A DNA stretch of 22,366 nucleotides, counting the filler, from an uncultured bacterium (lineage in GTDB: Bacteria; JAGOEH01), in the NCBI GenBank assembly GCA_964632485.1. It is 10 parts of 10 records of this genome, joined end to end, with 100 filler letters (N's around TTAATTAATTAA, not from the genome) between each part and the next. Parts side by side here need not be neighbours in the genome. Positions count along the whole stretch, not along the records: positions 7,429 to 9,861 come from CAZWDO010000058.1; positions 9,962 to 11,835 come from CAZWDO010000060.1; positions 11,936 to 13,728 come from CAZWDO010000061.1; positions 13,829 to 15,611 come from CAZWDO010000062.1; positions 15,712 to 17,394 come from CAZWDO010000063.1; positions 17,495 to 19,099 come from CAZWDO010000064.1; 4 more parts are not named here. The stretch is one strand, 5' to 3'. Numbering within the stretch: position 1 is the stretch's first letter; every line of letters begins with the position of its first letter. Positions 9,576 to 19,038 of the stretch are shown here, piece after piece. The position numbers and the translations under genes are program-made. The notes beneath the pieces are model-generated. The model made no database searches and was not told the origin of the DNA. It saw only the letters and a program-made list of their open reading frames with translations.

Positions 9576-9825
9576 TATTTAATGAGTTTGCTCGTCCGTC
9601 TAATTTAAATATTTCCGTTTCATTTTTATTCAGGGGTTGGATTACTGCGCTAAACTGATCAAAAATTAAGTTCCACAATACAAAATCACACACCAAATAA
9701 TGAGCTCTTATTAGTATAAGTATATATTTATCCACTACATCAACAATAGCTGCATCAAATAAAGGTGCATCCTGTTCAATTGATAGGAAAATTGATAACG
9801 GGTCAGAAACGTTTTTTGCCTTCAT
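9576..9825 (-). CDS. Small hypothetical ORF running into the IS end
   Basis: Preceded by TTGATT-17-TATTAT-6-ATG (9860-9825). No recognisable domain. Confidence 0.3.
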
Positions 9826-9861
9826 AAATGGATAATATGAAATCTTTTTCCAAAAATCAAG

Positions 9862-9961
9862 NNNNNNNNNNNNNNNNNNNNNNNNNNNNNNNNNNNNNNN
9901 NNNNNTTAATTAATTAANNNNNNNNNNNNNNNNNNNNNNNNNNNNNNNNNNNNNNNNNNNN
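9862..9961. other. Artificial contig linker
   Basis: N44-TTAATTAATTAA-N44. Confidence 0.98.
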
Positions 9962-9970
9962 CGAAAACCC

Positions 9971-10099
9971 GTAGATTCCGGGTGCGAGCCGCACGGGCAA
10001 TCAAGTCCGGAATGACAAGAGAAGATGGATTTCGGGCCATGCGCGGAATGACGGAGGTAGCGGTTACCCATGGATTCCGGGTCGGAGCCCGGAATGACG
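9971..10099. repeat. Cluster of three REP-like units downstream of copy 3
   Basis: Three T(G/A)GATT(C/T)C...GGAATGAC units. ATCAAGTCCGGAATGACAAG is shared with 5834-5853. Confidence 0.85.
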
Positions 10100-10110
10100 C
10101 ACTCACCTAA

Positions 10111-11640
10111 TCAGCCGATGCGCCAGTCGGCGATATTGCGCTGCTCGCGCGAAAAACCGATGCCCAGTTTCACTACCTCGCGTCCGTCTGCCTGGTAGGG
10201 AATGCCGTAACCCTTATCCCCGATCTGCTTGAGCGCCTCATCGGCCGTGCCCATCTTGAACTCCATAACGTAGATGCGCTGCCGGGTCTCGATCACCGCG
10301 TCGATGCGTCCCTTATGCGTCTGCGCCTCACAGGTCAGGCGCACCCCCACCAGTTTCAGCGCAACATAAATCACCGACTGATAGTAATACTCCAACTGCT
10401 CGATGAAAATTTGGTAGGGAATGGAGGCGAACAACGCTTGCAACGCCGAGATGAACAGTTCCATATCGCCGCTCTCCAGGGCATCCTCCATGCGAAAGAT
10501 CATGGCGCCGGTCTCGCTCTGCACCCGATGGCTGAACACTTCCAATAAGTTGCGCAACAAAGACACCCTCACCTCTTCGTTCGGATATGACAGATAATAG
10601 CGATCCGCTTCCCAATCAATCTTCTTGATCGTTAGATACCCGGTCTGGAACAGCAATGAATAGATATCCAGCCGTCGCAGTTCAAATTTGTCGAAAAACG
10701 ACTGGTTGACAATCAAGCGGGAGAGCATGTTCACATCAATATGGCGATCCCGGATCGTTTCGACCAGAAAGGTCGGCGTGCCCGTGGTGAACCAGTAATT
10801 CTGAAATTGACGGGAACTGAGCAGATTCAATATCGAAAATGGATTATAGAGGAAATGCTCGCCATCCCACGAATAGCCATTATACCAGGAGCTGATCCGG
10901 GCGAACAATTCATCCGGGCGGAATTTGAATTTATCAGCCAGCGGTTTGAGATAATCCCCATAAAAATGCTCGATTTCCAGCCACGTATAGCCGAGCAATT
11001 GATTGTAGGGTTCGTTGATTGTGATATCCTGCAGATTGTTCAGATCGCTGAAGATGGAAACCTTGCTGAACTTGGAAACACCGGTTACGAAGACAAAACG
11101 CAACTGCTCGCCCATCCCTTTGATACTTGAATAGAAGCTTTTCAATATCTCGCGGTTGGCTTCGGCTCGGTCAAGATCGCCGAGATAATCGATGATCGGT
11201 TTGTCATATTCGTCGATCAGCAACACGACTTCGGCTTTTTGGTAAAGGAACTCGACTAACTCGATCAATTTTCCCCCATAGGCGGGATTGGTCAATTCAA
11301 TTCCATACGACCTCGCCAATTGATCCAAATAATAGTGCAAGGCAGCCTCCAGACCCCGCTCCCGATATTGAATCCGGGTAAAATCGATATGAATCACCGA
11401 ATGCTCGCGCCACTCGATGCGGTCATAAATCCACATGTCGCGGAAAAGTTCGCGGTTGCCGCTGAAGATTTCCTTGAGCGTGGAGACCAGCAGGGATTTG
11501 CCGAAGCGCCGGGGGCGGGAGAGGAAAAAATACTTGCCGGAACTGATCAGTTGATGAATGAGTTGGGTTTTATCCACATAAACGTAACCGCCAGAGATCA
11601 ACTCCGAAAGGAATTGGATGCCGATGCCGAGTTTCTTCAT
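10111..11640 (-). CDS. AAA-ATPase-like + PD-(D/E)xK nuclease family protein, copy 3 (509 aa, complete)
   Basis: Same motifs as copies 1 and 2. GRIDAV...MEFK intact. Confidence 0.92.
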   Translation of the reverse strand: MKKLGIGIQFLSELISGGYVYVDKTQLIHQLISSGKYFFLSRPRRFGKSLLVSTLKEIFSGNRELFRDMWIYDRIEWREHSVIHIDFTRIQYRERGLEAALHYYLDQLARSYGIELTNPAYGGKLIELVEFLYQKAEVVLLIDEYDKPIIDYLGDLDRAEANREILKSFYSSIKGMGEQLRFVFVTGVSKFSKVSIFSDLNNLQDITINEPYNQLLGYTWLEIEHFYGDYLKPLADKFKFRPDELFARISSWYNGYSWDGEHFLYNPFSILNLLSSRQFQNYWFTTGTPTFLVETIRDRHIDVNMLSRLIVNQSFFDKFELRRLDIYSLLFQTGYLTIKKIDWEADRYYLSYPNEEVRVSLLRNLLEVFSHRVQSETGAMIFRMEDALESGDMELFISALQALFASIPYQIFIEQLEYYYQSVIYVALKLVGVRLTCEAQTHKGRIDAVIETRQRIYVMEFKMGTADEALKQIGDKGYGIPYQADGREVVKLGIGFSREQRNIADWRIG

Positions 11641-11646
11641 ATTAAT

Positions 11647-11674
11647 AATATAGGCAATTTCCGAAAAAATGCAA
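11647..11674 (-). promoter_or_regulatory. Leaderless-type promoter of copy 3
   Basis: TTGCAT-16-TATATT-6-ATG. Confidence 0.65.
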
Positions 11675-11715
11675 GAAAAATGATACCGGTAAATTTCAGG
11701 AAGCCAATATCAATC

Positions 11716-11744
11716 TTGACAAAAGCAGCGTATATCATTATAAT
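11716..11744 (+). promoter_or_regulatory. Consensus sigma70 promoter, divergent from copy 3
   Basis: TTGACA (11716-11721), 17 nt, TATAAT (11739-11744). Confidence 0.75.
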
Positions 11745-11835
11745 ATGATTGTGTGGCCTAACCGATAGCGCCAACGCAAAACCAAATACAACGCGTTCAT
11801 GGCGGCGGAATCGGCGCGAGCCCGGCAGCAGCATG

Positions 11836-11935
11836 NNNNNNNNNNNNNNNNNNNNNNNNNNNNNNNNNNNNNNNNNNNNTTAATTAATTAANNNNNNNNN
11901 NNNNNNNNNNNNNNNNNNNNNNNNNNNNNNNNNNN
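11836..11935. other. Artificial contig linker
   Basis: N44-TTAATTAATTAA-N44. Confidence 0.98.
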
Positions 11936-11999
11936 GAGCGTTTGCACCAGGAAATTGGGCATGCCTTCATTGATGAGCATGGCGGAATGATATAGGAAA

Positions 12000-12220
12000 A
12001 AATCGGGTTTCATCGTTCAATCCATACATTTCAAATTGGTTGAACCGCTTTCTCCATTTGGCAATTATGTTTTTAATGACTTCCAATTTGGTTCTGATCT
12101 CGTATACGGAACACTTCTCGTAGCTCAATAAAGAAATCCGAGCACTGATCACCATTTGCTATGGACTGGTCAGCTTGTTTACAATCTCTTGCTATTTCCT
12201 TTTCGTCTCGTTATTCTGTT
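12000..12220 (-). pseudogene. IS630-family transposase N-terminal HTH remnant
   Basis: ...K*QEIVNKLTSP*QMVISARISLLSYEKCSVYEIRTKLEVIKNIIAKWRKRFNQFEMYGLNDETR resembles the RARIILL...V-x-KWRKRF...GL-x-D-x-x-R pattern. Internal stops. Confidence 0.65.
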
Positions 12221-12274
12221 CTGCATCCAGCTTGCCAACTCCTCCGCAAACTCCCAATCCTGCGGCAGCATCAA

Positions 12275-12682
12275 CGACACTCGCTGACTTTGCTAAAAAA
12301 CGCGGAGAACCACGGTCCGACCAAAATGAAAAAGAACGCATTCAGAATGCTCTTCAACTAAATCAGACACTAACCACTGCTTAATATTATAAAAAAGGAA
12401 CTTGGGCTTTTATTGAAATAGTCCGGCAAAGTGCAAACTCGGCGCTTTTCCCATGATTGGTTAGAAAAAGCTCGGACTTCAGATCTATGGATGTTCGCCG
12501 AGGTTGCTGACACGCTCAGTCGGTTCGCTGAAGAAATCCTGGCTCACTATGATGGATTCTTTTCTACCGATCACCTTGAAGGAATTAATAACAAAATCAA
12601 AACCCACAACCGCGAAGTCTACAGCTATCGCGAAAAAGAATTCCTCAAGCTCCTCATCTATGCAATCCACCAATTTAAATAA
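12275..12682 (+). pseudogene. ISL3-family transposase C-terminal remnant
   Basis: LLKNAEN..., ERIQNALQLNQTLTTA*, and EILAHYDGFFSTDHLEGINNKIKTHNREVYSYREKEFLKLLIY (degenerate EGxNNKIK...AYGFRD motif). Multiple stops and frameshifts. Confidence 0.8.
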
Positions 12683-12786
12683 TCATTTAACGGATGAATT
12701 TAAAAAAATCATTTCTATATATTTCTTTAATAAAGTTTCTATTTAAAAAATGATATCTATTTATTATTAAAATTAATAAAATTAAA

Positions 12787-13728
12787 GTAACAGGTCAGGT
12801 CCAATGTAATTTTTTTTTGTAGATAGTCATTTTTATCTGGACTCCGGATGGATAATTTATTATTTTTCCACATGAACGAACCGATAATAGTCCAAACCCG
12901 ATTCTTAAGGCCCGCAGACATTGAATTCATCCAGAGTTTAATCGACGATAATCCCAATTGGAACCGTACCCAATTGTCGCAAGAATTGTGCCGGATATGG
13001 GATTGGAAGACCCCCCGAGGTCAATGGAAAGATATGGCCTGTCGTGAGATGTTGCGTAAGCTGGAGGCTAAGGGACTGCTGCAATTGCCGCCATTGGCTG
13101 GCATCGGCCGCCAGCGTCGTCGGACCTCCTCGTCAGATTCAACGCAACTCCTTTTCGAGACGATGGAGGCGATGCCAACCCCTCCGCTGATCCGACGTTC
13201 GCTTTCGGACCTTCAGCCCCTGCGTTTCGAGCGGGTGGAAGACCCGGCTCAAGCCGCGCTGTTCGGCGACTTGCTGTCCCGGTATCATTATCTGGGGTAT
13301 CGACAGCATGTGGGCGAGCATATGAAGTATCTGGTTTATGATTGCCAGGGAGAGGCGGTATCGTGCCTTCTGTTTGGATCGTCGGCCTGGTCGTGCGCGG
13401 ATCGCGATCGATATATTGGGTGGGATCGGCAGACGCGGATTCGACATTTGCATCTGATGACGAACAATATGCGATTTTTGATTATGCCGTGGCTTCTCTC
13501 GCCGAACCTTGCCAGCCACATGCTGTCGCGGATCGCCCGGCGGATTGGCTCGGACTGGCAATGCAAGTATCGCCATCCGGTGGCGATGCTGGAAACGTTC
13601 GTGGAAACGAATCGGTTTCGGGGCGTTTGCTACCGGGCGGCCAACTGGATTTATGTGGGGCGTACCAAGGGACGCAGCCGTAACGATCGCTACAATCGGC
13701 TCGAAGTTCCCGTGAAAGATATTTATCT
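12787..13728 (+). mobile_element. Left arm of IS66-family element (left IR plus passenger gene)
   Basis: GTAACAGGTCAGGT at 12787 is the reverse complement of the ends at 17328-17339 and 22020-22033. The last 55 nt of the contig equal the first 55 nt of both transposase contigs. Confidence 0.85.
12872..13728 (+). CDS. DUF4338 / Druantia DruA-like protein (3' end continues on contigs starting 15712 and 20853)
   Basis: YHYLGY...GEHMKYLV, FGSSAW...RDRYIGW, NNMRFLIMPW, NLASHMLS, LETFVE...FRGVCYRAANW..VGRTKGR, VPVKDIY. Alternative start at 12848. Confidence 0.85.
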
Positions 13729-13828
13729 NNNNNNNNNNNNNNNNNNNNNNNNNNNNNNNNNNNNNNNNNNNNTTAATTAATTAANNNNNNNNNNNNNNNN
13801 NNNNNNNNNNNNNNNNNNNNNNNNNNNN
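13729..13828. other. Artificial contig linker
   Basis: N44-TTAATTAATTAA-N44. Confidence 0.98.
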
Positions 13829-13841
13829 CGGATATTCTGTT

Positions 13842-13870
13842 TTGACTTTTTAACCGGATTTCATTATGAT
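13842..13870 (+). promoter_or_regulatory. Candidate sigma70 promoter
   Basis: TTGACT-17-TATGAT. Confidence 0.55.
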
Positions 13871-13924
13871 GTAATTGCCGCATTTTCTGTTTAACTCTGA
13901 ACTCATGAAAACCGCAAATTATTT

Positions 13925-13956
13925 GCCGTGTGGCATAAGCTACCCGGCTTTTTTTT
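13925..13956 (+). terminator. Rho-independent terminator
   Basis: GCCGTGTGGC-ATAA-GCTACCCGGC stem (one mismatch, one G-U) followed by T8. Confidence 0.7.
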
Positions 13957-14132
13957 ATTTTTGGGAAGCAGGTCAAATCGTATAATATCAAAATAATATC
14001 AAAGAATCAAATTGTCAAGGAGAAAATCATGTAAGAAAAAAAATTGAAAAAAAGAAAAAGAATATCTATTACCCGTGGACTCCGGGTCAGAGCGCGGCTG
14101 GAGCGCCATGCGAACGCACTCAATTTTTTCGC

Positions 14133-14161
14133 TTGACATGTGTTGCGATCGGCATTATATT
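14133..14161 (+). promoter_or_regulatory. Promoter of the gene at 14200
   Basis: TTGACA-17-TATATT, with GGGAG RBS before ATG 14200. Confidence 0.7.
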
Positions 14162-14199
14162 GACAATGGAACCTACAACCTTCCAGCGGGAGTTTCGCC

Positions 14200-15611
14200 A
14201 TGGCCAAACGCATTCCCTACGGATTGCAATCTTTCACCCAAATCCGCGAACAGAACTGTTATTATATCGATAAAACCCAGTATATAGAAAGACTGGAAAC
14301 GCATGAAAGCTGGTATCCGGTTTTTCTGCGCCCCCGGAAATTCGGCAAATCGCTGTGGATCGACACGCTGGCCGCCTATTACGACATCCGGCGCAAGGAC
14401 GACTTCGAGCGGCTCTTCGGCGATCTCTACATCGGCCGGAACCCCACGCCGCTGCGCAACAGCTATTGCATCCTGCGTTTCAACTTCAGCGGCATCCAGA
14501 CCAGCGACGAAGCATTGCTGAAAAGCGATTTCAGAAATAAACTCATGGTTGCTCTCGATCATTTTTCAACTTATTACAAGCTTCCCACCATGGCTTTCAA
14601 TGAATCCCATGAACCGGCGGCGATACTCAACCGTTTTTTTGAGCATGTAGAAGGAGAATTGGGCAAGCGAAAAATTTATCTCCTGATCGACGAATACGAC
14701 CATTTCGCCAACGAACTGTTCAGTTTCAACTATGAGCTGTTCCGGGATACCGTTTCCAAGACTGGCTTTGTGCGCAAGTTCTACGAAGTGATCAAGGAAG
14801 CGGCGGGCCAGTCCTTGGAGCGCATCTTCATTACCGGTGTCTCGCCCATCACCCTCGACAGCCTCACCAGCGGTTTCAATATCCCCTCGCACCTGACCAC
14901 GAATGCTCAGTTTAACGAAATGATGGGATTTACCGAAGAAGAAGTTCAATACCTGATTGACGACCTGGGCTTCTCCATCGATATTCAGGAGATGCGCGAC
15001 TATTACAACGGCTATCTGTTTTCGCCCGACGCTAGTGTCAGGGTCTATAACAGCGACATGGTTCTCTATTTTCTCAAGGAATACCGGGACAGTCATAAAG
15101 CTCCGGCGGAGGTACTGGATATCAACATCGCCTCGGATCACAAGAAACTGGAACTGATCCTCGAACCAAAAGGGGAGCGGCGGGCGATCCTGGAGCAATT
15201 GCTCTCCGGGGAACCGCTGGCGATCCAACTGACGCGGCTGTTCGATCTGGAAGTGGGGCGCACCCTTGAAGACTACAAGTCCATGCTGTTCTACCTGGGA
15301 TTCGTGACCGTTGTTAGCCGGAAACTGGGATTGGTCTATTTTCAGGTGCCCAATTATGCCATCGGCAATTTATATTTCAGTTTTTTCCGGAGTCTGTTGT
15401 CCCTGCAAGGTCAGCTTAGCTTCAATTCGGTTGAAGTGGAGGAAGCGATCAACCGACTGGCATTGGAAGGAGAGATCACCCCGTTGGCGGCGATTGTTTC
15501 CCAAGCGCTGGCGAAGTATTCGAACCGCGACAGCATTCAGATGAGCGAGAAGCACCTCAAGATGGTGATGATGGCCTATCTGATGTTGAGCAATGCCTAT
15601 ATGGTGTACAG
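14200..15611 (+). CDS. AAA-ATPase-like + PD-(D/E)xK family protein, second subfamily (3' end cut by contig edge)
   Basis: RIPYGLQSF, YYIDKT, LRPRKFGKSL, LLIDEYDHFAN, FITGVSPITLDSLTSGFNI, YYNGYLF, LFYLGFVT. Confidence 0.9.
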
Positions 15612-15711
15612 NNNNNNNNNNNNNNNNNNNNNNNNNNNNNNNNNNNNNNNNNNNNTTAATTAATTAANNNNNNNNNNNNNNNNNNNNNNNNNNNNNNNNN
15701 NNNNNNNNNNN
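15612..15711. other. Artificial contig linker
   Basis: N44-TTAATTAATTAA-N44. Confidence 0.98.
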
Positions 15712-15815
15712 GCAGCCGTAACGATCGCTACAATCGGCTCGAAGTTCCCGTGAAAGATATTTATCTCTTGCCGCTGATCGATGATGCCCGGAAGAAGCTG
15801 CTCCATGGGATTTAA
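15712..15815 (+). CDS. 3' end of DUF4338 gene, variant A
   Basis: ...[26 protein letters not shown] 15813-15815 overlaps the transposase ATG at 15805. Confidence 0.85.
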
Positions 15816-17323
15816 ACGGATCATATCGCGCTGGGCGTCGGGATTCGCGGAAGATGGCGATCGTCGGTTCGACGAACTTCATAGGAACTTGATGGCGCTG
15901 AACGCGACGCTCGGCGCCTTGAGGGACGAGCTTGCGTCGGCAATGAAGGAAATCGAGGAGCTCAAGGCGGAACGGGACCGGTTGCAACAGGAGAATGAAC
16001 GGCTCAAGTCGGCGTTGAAACATGCGGTCGATCAATTGGTCAAAGACAGCCACAACAGCGGTAAGCCGCCGTCATCGGACGGGTTGAAGCGCAAGACGCG
16101 CAGCTTGCGCACCGCTTCGGGCAAGCCCGCGGGCGGGCAGCCGGGCCATGCCGGCCATACGCTCGAATACAATACTTGTCTATCCGCTGACCGAATGCGT
16201 CCACTGCGGCGGTTCGCTGGCGGATACGCCGGTCGATGCCGTGGAGCGTCATCAGGTTTTTGATCTGCCGGTTTTGAAGATCAAGGTGATCGAACATCAG
16301 TCGCACGTCAAGGTCTGCCCCCATTGCCGAAAAAGGAGCCGGGCCGCGTTTCCCGACGAGGCCGCTCATCGGGTTTAATACGGCGCCTCCATTCAAACCC
16401 TGGCCGCGTATCTGTCCAATATGCAGGTGGTTCCCCTCAACCGGATCGCCCTATTTTTCGAGGATCTGTTCGCCATGCCGATCAGCAAGGCCTCGATCAT
16501 CCAATTCAATCGAACCTGCCACCGAAAATTGGCCGACGTCGAAGCGAGGATCGTGGAAACGATTCTCGCCTCCCCGGCGCTTCATGCCGACGAAACCGGT
16601 CTGTATTGTCAGAACAAACGGCAGTGGATGCGCAGTCTGGGCGCCGAGACGGCCACGTATTATGCCAGGCATGAAAAGCGGGGGCGAGCGGCCATAGACG
16701 AAATCGGGATTCTGCCCCGATATCGCGGTATCTTGATGCATGATTTCTGGAAATCGTATCTGGAGTACGAATGCGATCACGCCCTGCGCAATGTCCACCA
16801 TCTGCGCGATCTCAACTTCATCATTGAACAGGACGGCGCGATCTGGGCGGAAAAAATGAAACAACTGTTGCTCGATAGCAAGAAGGCCTTGGACGATCAC
16901 AAAGCCGACGGCGTGTCCGCCGCGCTGGATGACGAGGAACGCCGCTCATTTAACCAACGCTATTGGGAGATCATCAGCGAGGAATTGTCGGATATGCCGC
17001 CGCCTGGTCGGACACCTCCCAAACGGGGTCGAACCAAACAATCCAAATCCAAAAACCTGCTCGACCGGTTCTGCAACTACCGAACCGAAATCCTGCGCTT
17101 CATGGATGATTGGCGCGTTCCCTTCGATAACAATCTCGCTGAACGGGATATTCGAATGGCCAAAGTTAAACAGAAAATTTCCGGCTGCTTTCGAACCCTG
17201 GAGGGAGCTGATCAATTCTGCCGAATTCGCGGCTATATCTCAACGGCCATGAAAAACAACGTCAGCGCATTTCAAGCCCTGCACGGCGTCTTCTCTAATA
17301 ATCCCTTTATCCCATCTTCCTAA
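15805..17323 (+). pseudogene. IS66-family transposase (TnpC-like), copy A
   Basis: Coiled coil, [21 protein letters not shown], CxxC zinc finger, LHADETG, LMHDFW, HHLRDL, PFDNNLAERDIRMAKVKQKISGCFR. Frameshift near 16170 and TAA at 16376-16378. Right IR at 17328-17339. Confidence 0.9.
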
Positions 17324-17339
17324 CCATCTGACCTGTTAC

Positions 17340-17394
17340 GAAGATTTTATCGCGACGGTATTGCAGCATGTACCACCTAAAGGGAAACACTTGA
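17340..17394 (+). mobile_element. Fragment of IS91-family (Y2) transposase flanking the IS66 end
   Basis: Translates EDFIATVLQHVPPKGKHL, matching the EFI-x-x-x-L-QHV-x-PKG motif that precedes VRYYG. Only 18 codons are visible. Confidence 0.6.
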
Positions 17395-17494
17395 NNNNNN
17401 NNNNNNNNNNNNNNNNNNNNNNNNNNNNNNNNNNNNNNTTAATTAATTAANNNNNNNNNNNNNNNNNNNNNNNNNNNNNNNNNNNNNNNNNNNN
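17395..17494. other. Artificial contig linker
   Basis: N44-TTAATTAATTAA-N44. Confidence 0.98.
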
Positions 17495-19032
17495 CAATGA
17501 TAGATCGGGGTATAATCGACAATATCCCCGCCCTTAAAATTTCTGAATACATCTACGATTTTGTATTTATCATGATATAATCGGATCATTTCCTCTGCCG
17601 ACATGCTCAGATCGTAGCTGAACAACAAGCGTTTTCCAAATTCTTTCTTTTTTTGGATTGCTTCGGTTTTCACCTTGAAGCGAATTTCCCGTTCATCATC
17701 GTTGCATAGCAGATCATATCCCAGGTAGCGTTCGGCTTTCGAATTTTTGATATAGAGTGTCCGGAGTTTTTTGTCAATCAGCTCGCGGATTTTGTCGTCG
17801 CTGCTCTTCGATTTGCCGCGAATCTCTTCCTTGATCAGCCGTTGAACTTCAAGTATCCGATTTTCAAATGAGCGCAACTGATGGTTTTTTTCTATCTCGG
17901 AATAGGTCATCACAACCCTGGCTTTCCGATTAAATACAATCTCTTCACGATCCGTATAGCGCCATTTCGAGTATTCACGGTCAATTTGCTTCAGTTTGAT
18001 TTCCCGCAACGACTTGTGACTTTGGAAACTAATACTGCCGACAAACGATTTGATGAGTTCGTTCTCTGAGAGTTTTTCAATATTATGGGCCGAATTGTTT
18101 CCTTTATCAAATACAACCACATATCCATCCATCTGATGATAAAATTCAGATAATTGTTGAGTAATTCGCGCCATCGCTTCGGGAAACAGGCTGCTGTCAT
18201 GATGATTGGCCTGATAAACAGAATGAAACAACGGGATGCCGTATGAACTCTCGACTGCCAAAATCAATCCCGTTAACCGATGGCTGCTTTTGCCATCCTT
18301 GCTTTTGCCGGTCTGCGGTAAAATACAATGCGAATTGTCCCCGGATATATAATGGCAAAAATTCGTCGTATCATACAATATTGCATTTGTAGATAACTGA
18401 TATTGGGTCATGAGCCGTTGATAAATTCTGCTTTCAATCTCCCATAATTGGGGGCTGAGTAGATACATGGCTTGTTCGGTGGTCGTCATCTTCTGCTTCC
18501 GACGCGATTGATACTGTTTCATCTGTTCTTCCAACCGTTCCTGGGGAACTACCCGATCATACGCCTGCCAGAAATGATCACTCGTCATTCGCTTCGGATC
18601 AATCCGCATGAATTCCGGCAGTTTGGTCTTTGTAAACCATTCGCCAATGGAATTCTTGCTGTGATGATGCCCAACCCGGTTGATCGCCGCAATTACTAAA
18701 TATTCACCAATACCGATCCCGCCAATTTTCCCCGGACATACATCATTGATTATATCGACGATGGATAGTTCCCGGGCAACTGAATATAAAGCCATTTCCA
18801 GTCCAAAAGATTTCGTATAAACTTGAGTCGGTTGAGGAGCGTTCCGGCATCTGTCAAGAATCGTTTCGGCGGCGCCGAGATAGTACTCTTCCGTGATAAC
18901 TCTACTTTTACCCGAGCCTTTTCGCTTATTTTTGGCATGGGTATCAAGATCGCATTTTACTCGGTATGAATTCCGATAATAATAGTAGGTTCTTCCTGAA
19001 GATTTGTTCAGCTTTTTTGTGATTCGTCCCAT
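17495..19032 (-). CDS. IS1634-family transposase (3' end cut by contig edge)
   Basis: GRTYYY, LVIAAINR...SKNSIGEWFTKT, LYDTTNF, GKSKDGK, YQANHHDS, VVFDKGNNS, PIYH. Start at ATG 19032 is supported by the promoter. Confidence 0.85.
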
Positions 19033-19038
19033 ACTTAC

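Noticed and set aside
9733-9800. Possible relic of a REP-associated tyrosine transposase start (HYINNSCIK*RCILFN resembling YHIYNRG)
   Set aside because: Needs five or more substitutions and has several stops. Too degenerate to support without a search.
4249-11748. Long plus-strand ORFs antisense to the AAA/nuclease genes (4984-5748, 6085-6420, 6610-7104, 10741-11130, 11320-11748, and the 3' part of 4036-4794)
   Set aside because: Shadow ORFs produced by codon bias. They repeat only because the sense genes are paralogous.
12872-13728. Complete Druantia defence system
   Set aside because: Only a DruA-like gene is present, bounded by an IS end and a transposase. There is no DruE helicase or other dru gene.
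16148-16263. Programmed frameshift in IS66 copy A
   Set aside because: Copy B is continuous here and 17 nt longer, so this is a deletion. No slippery motif is visible.
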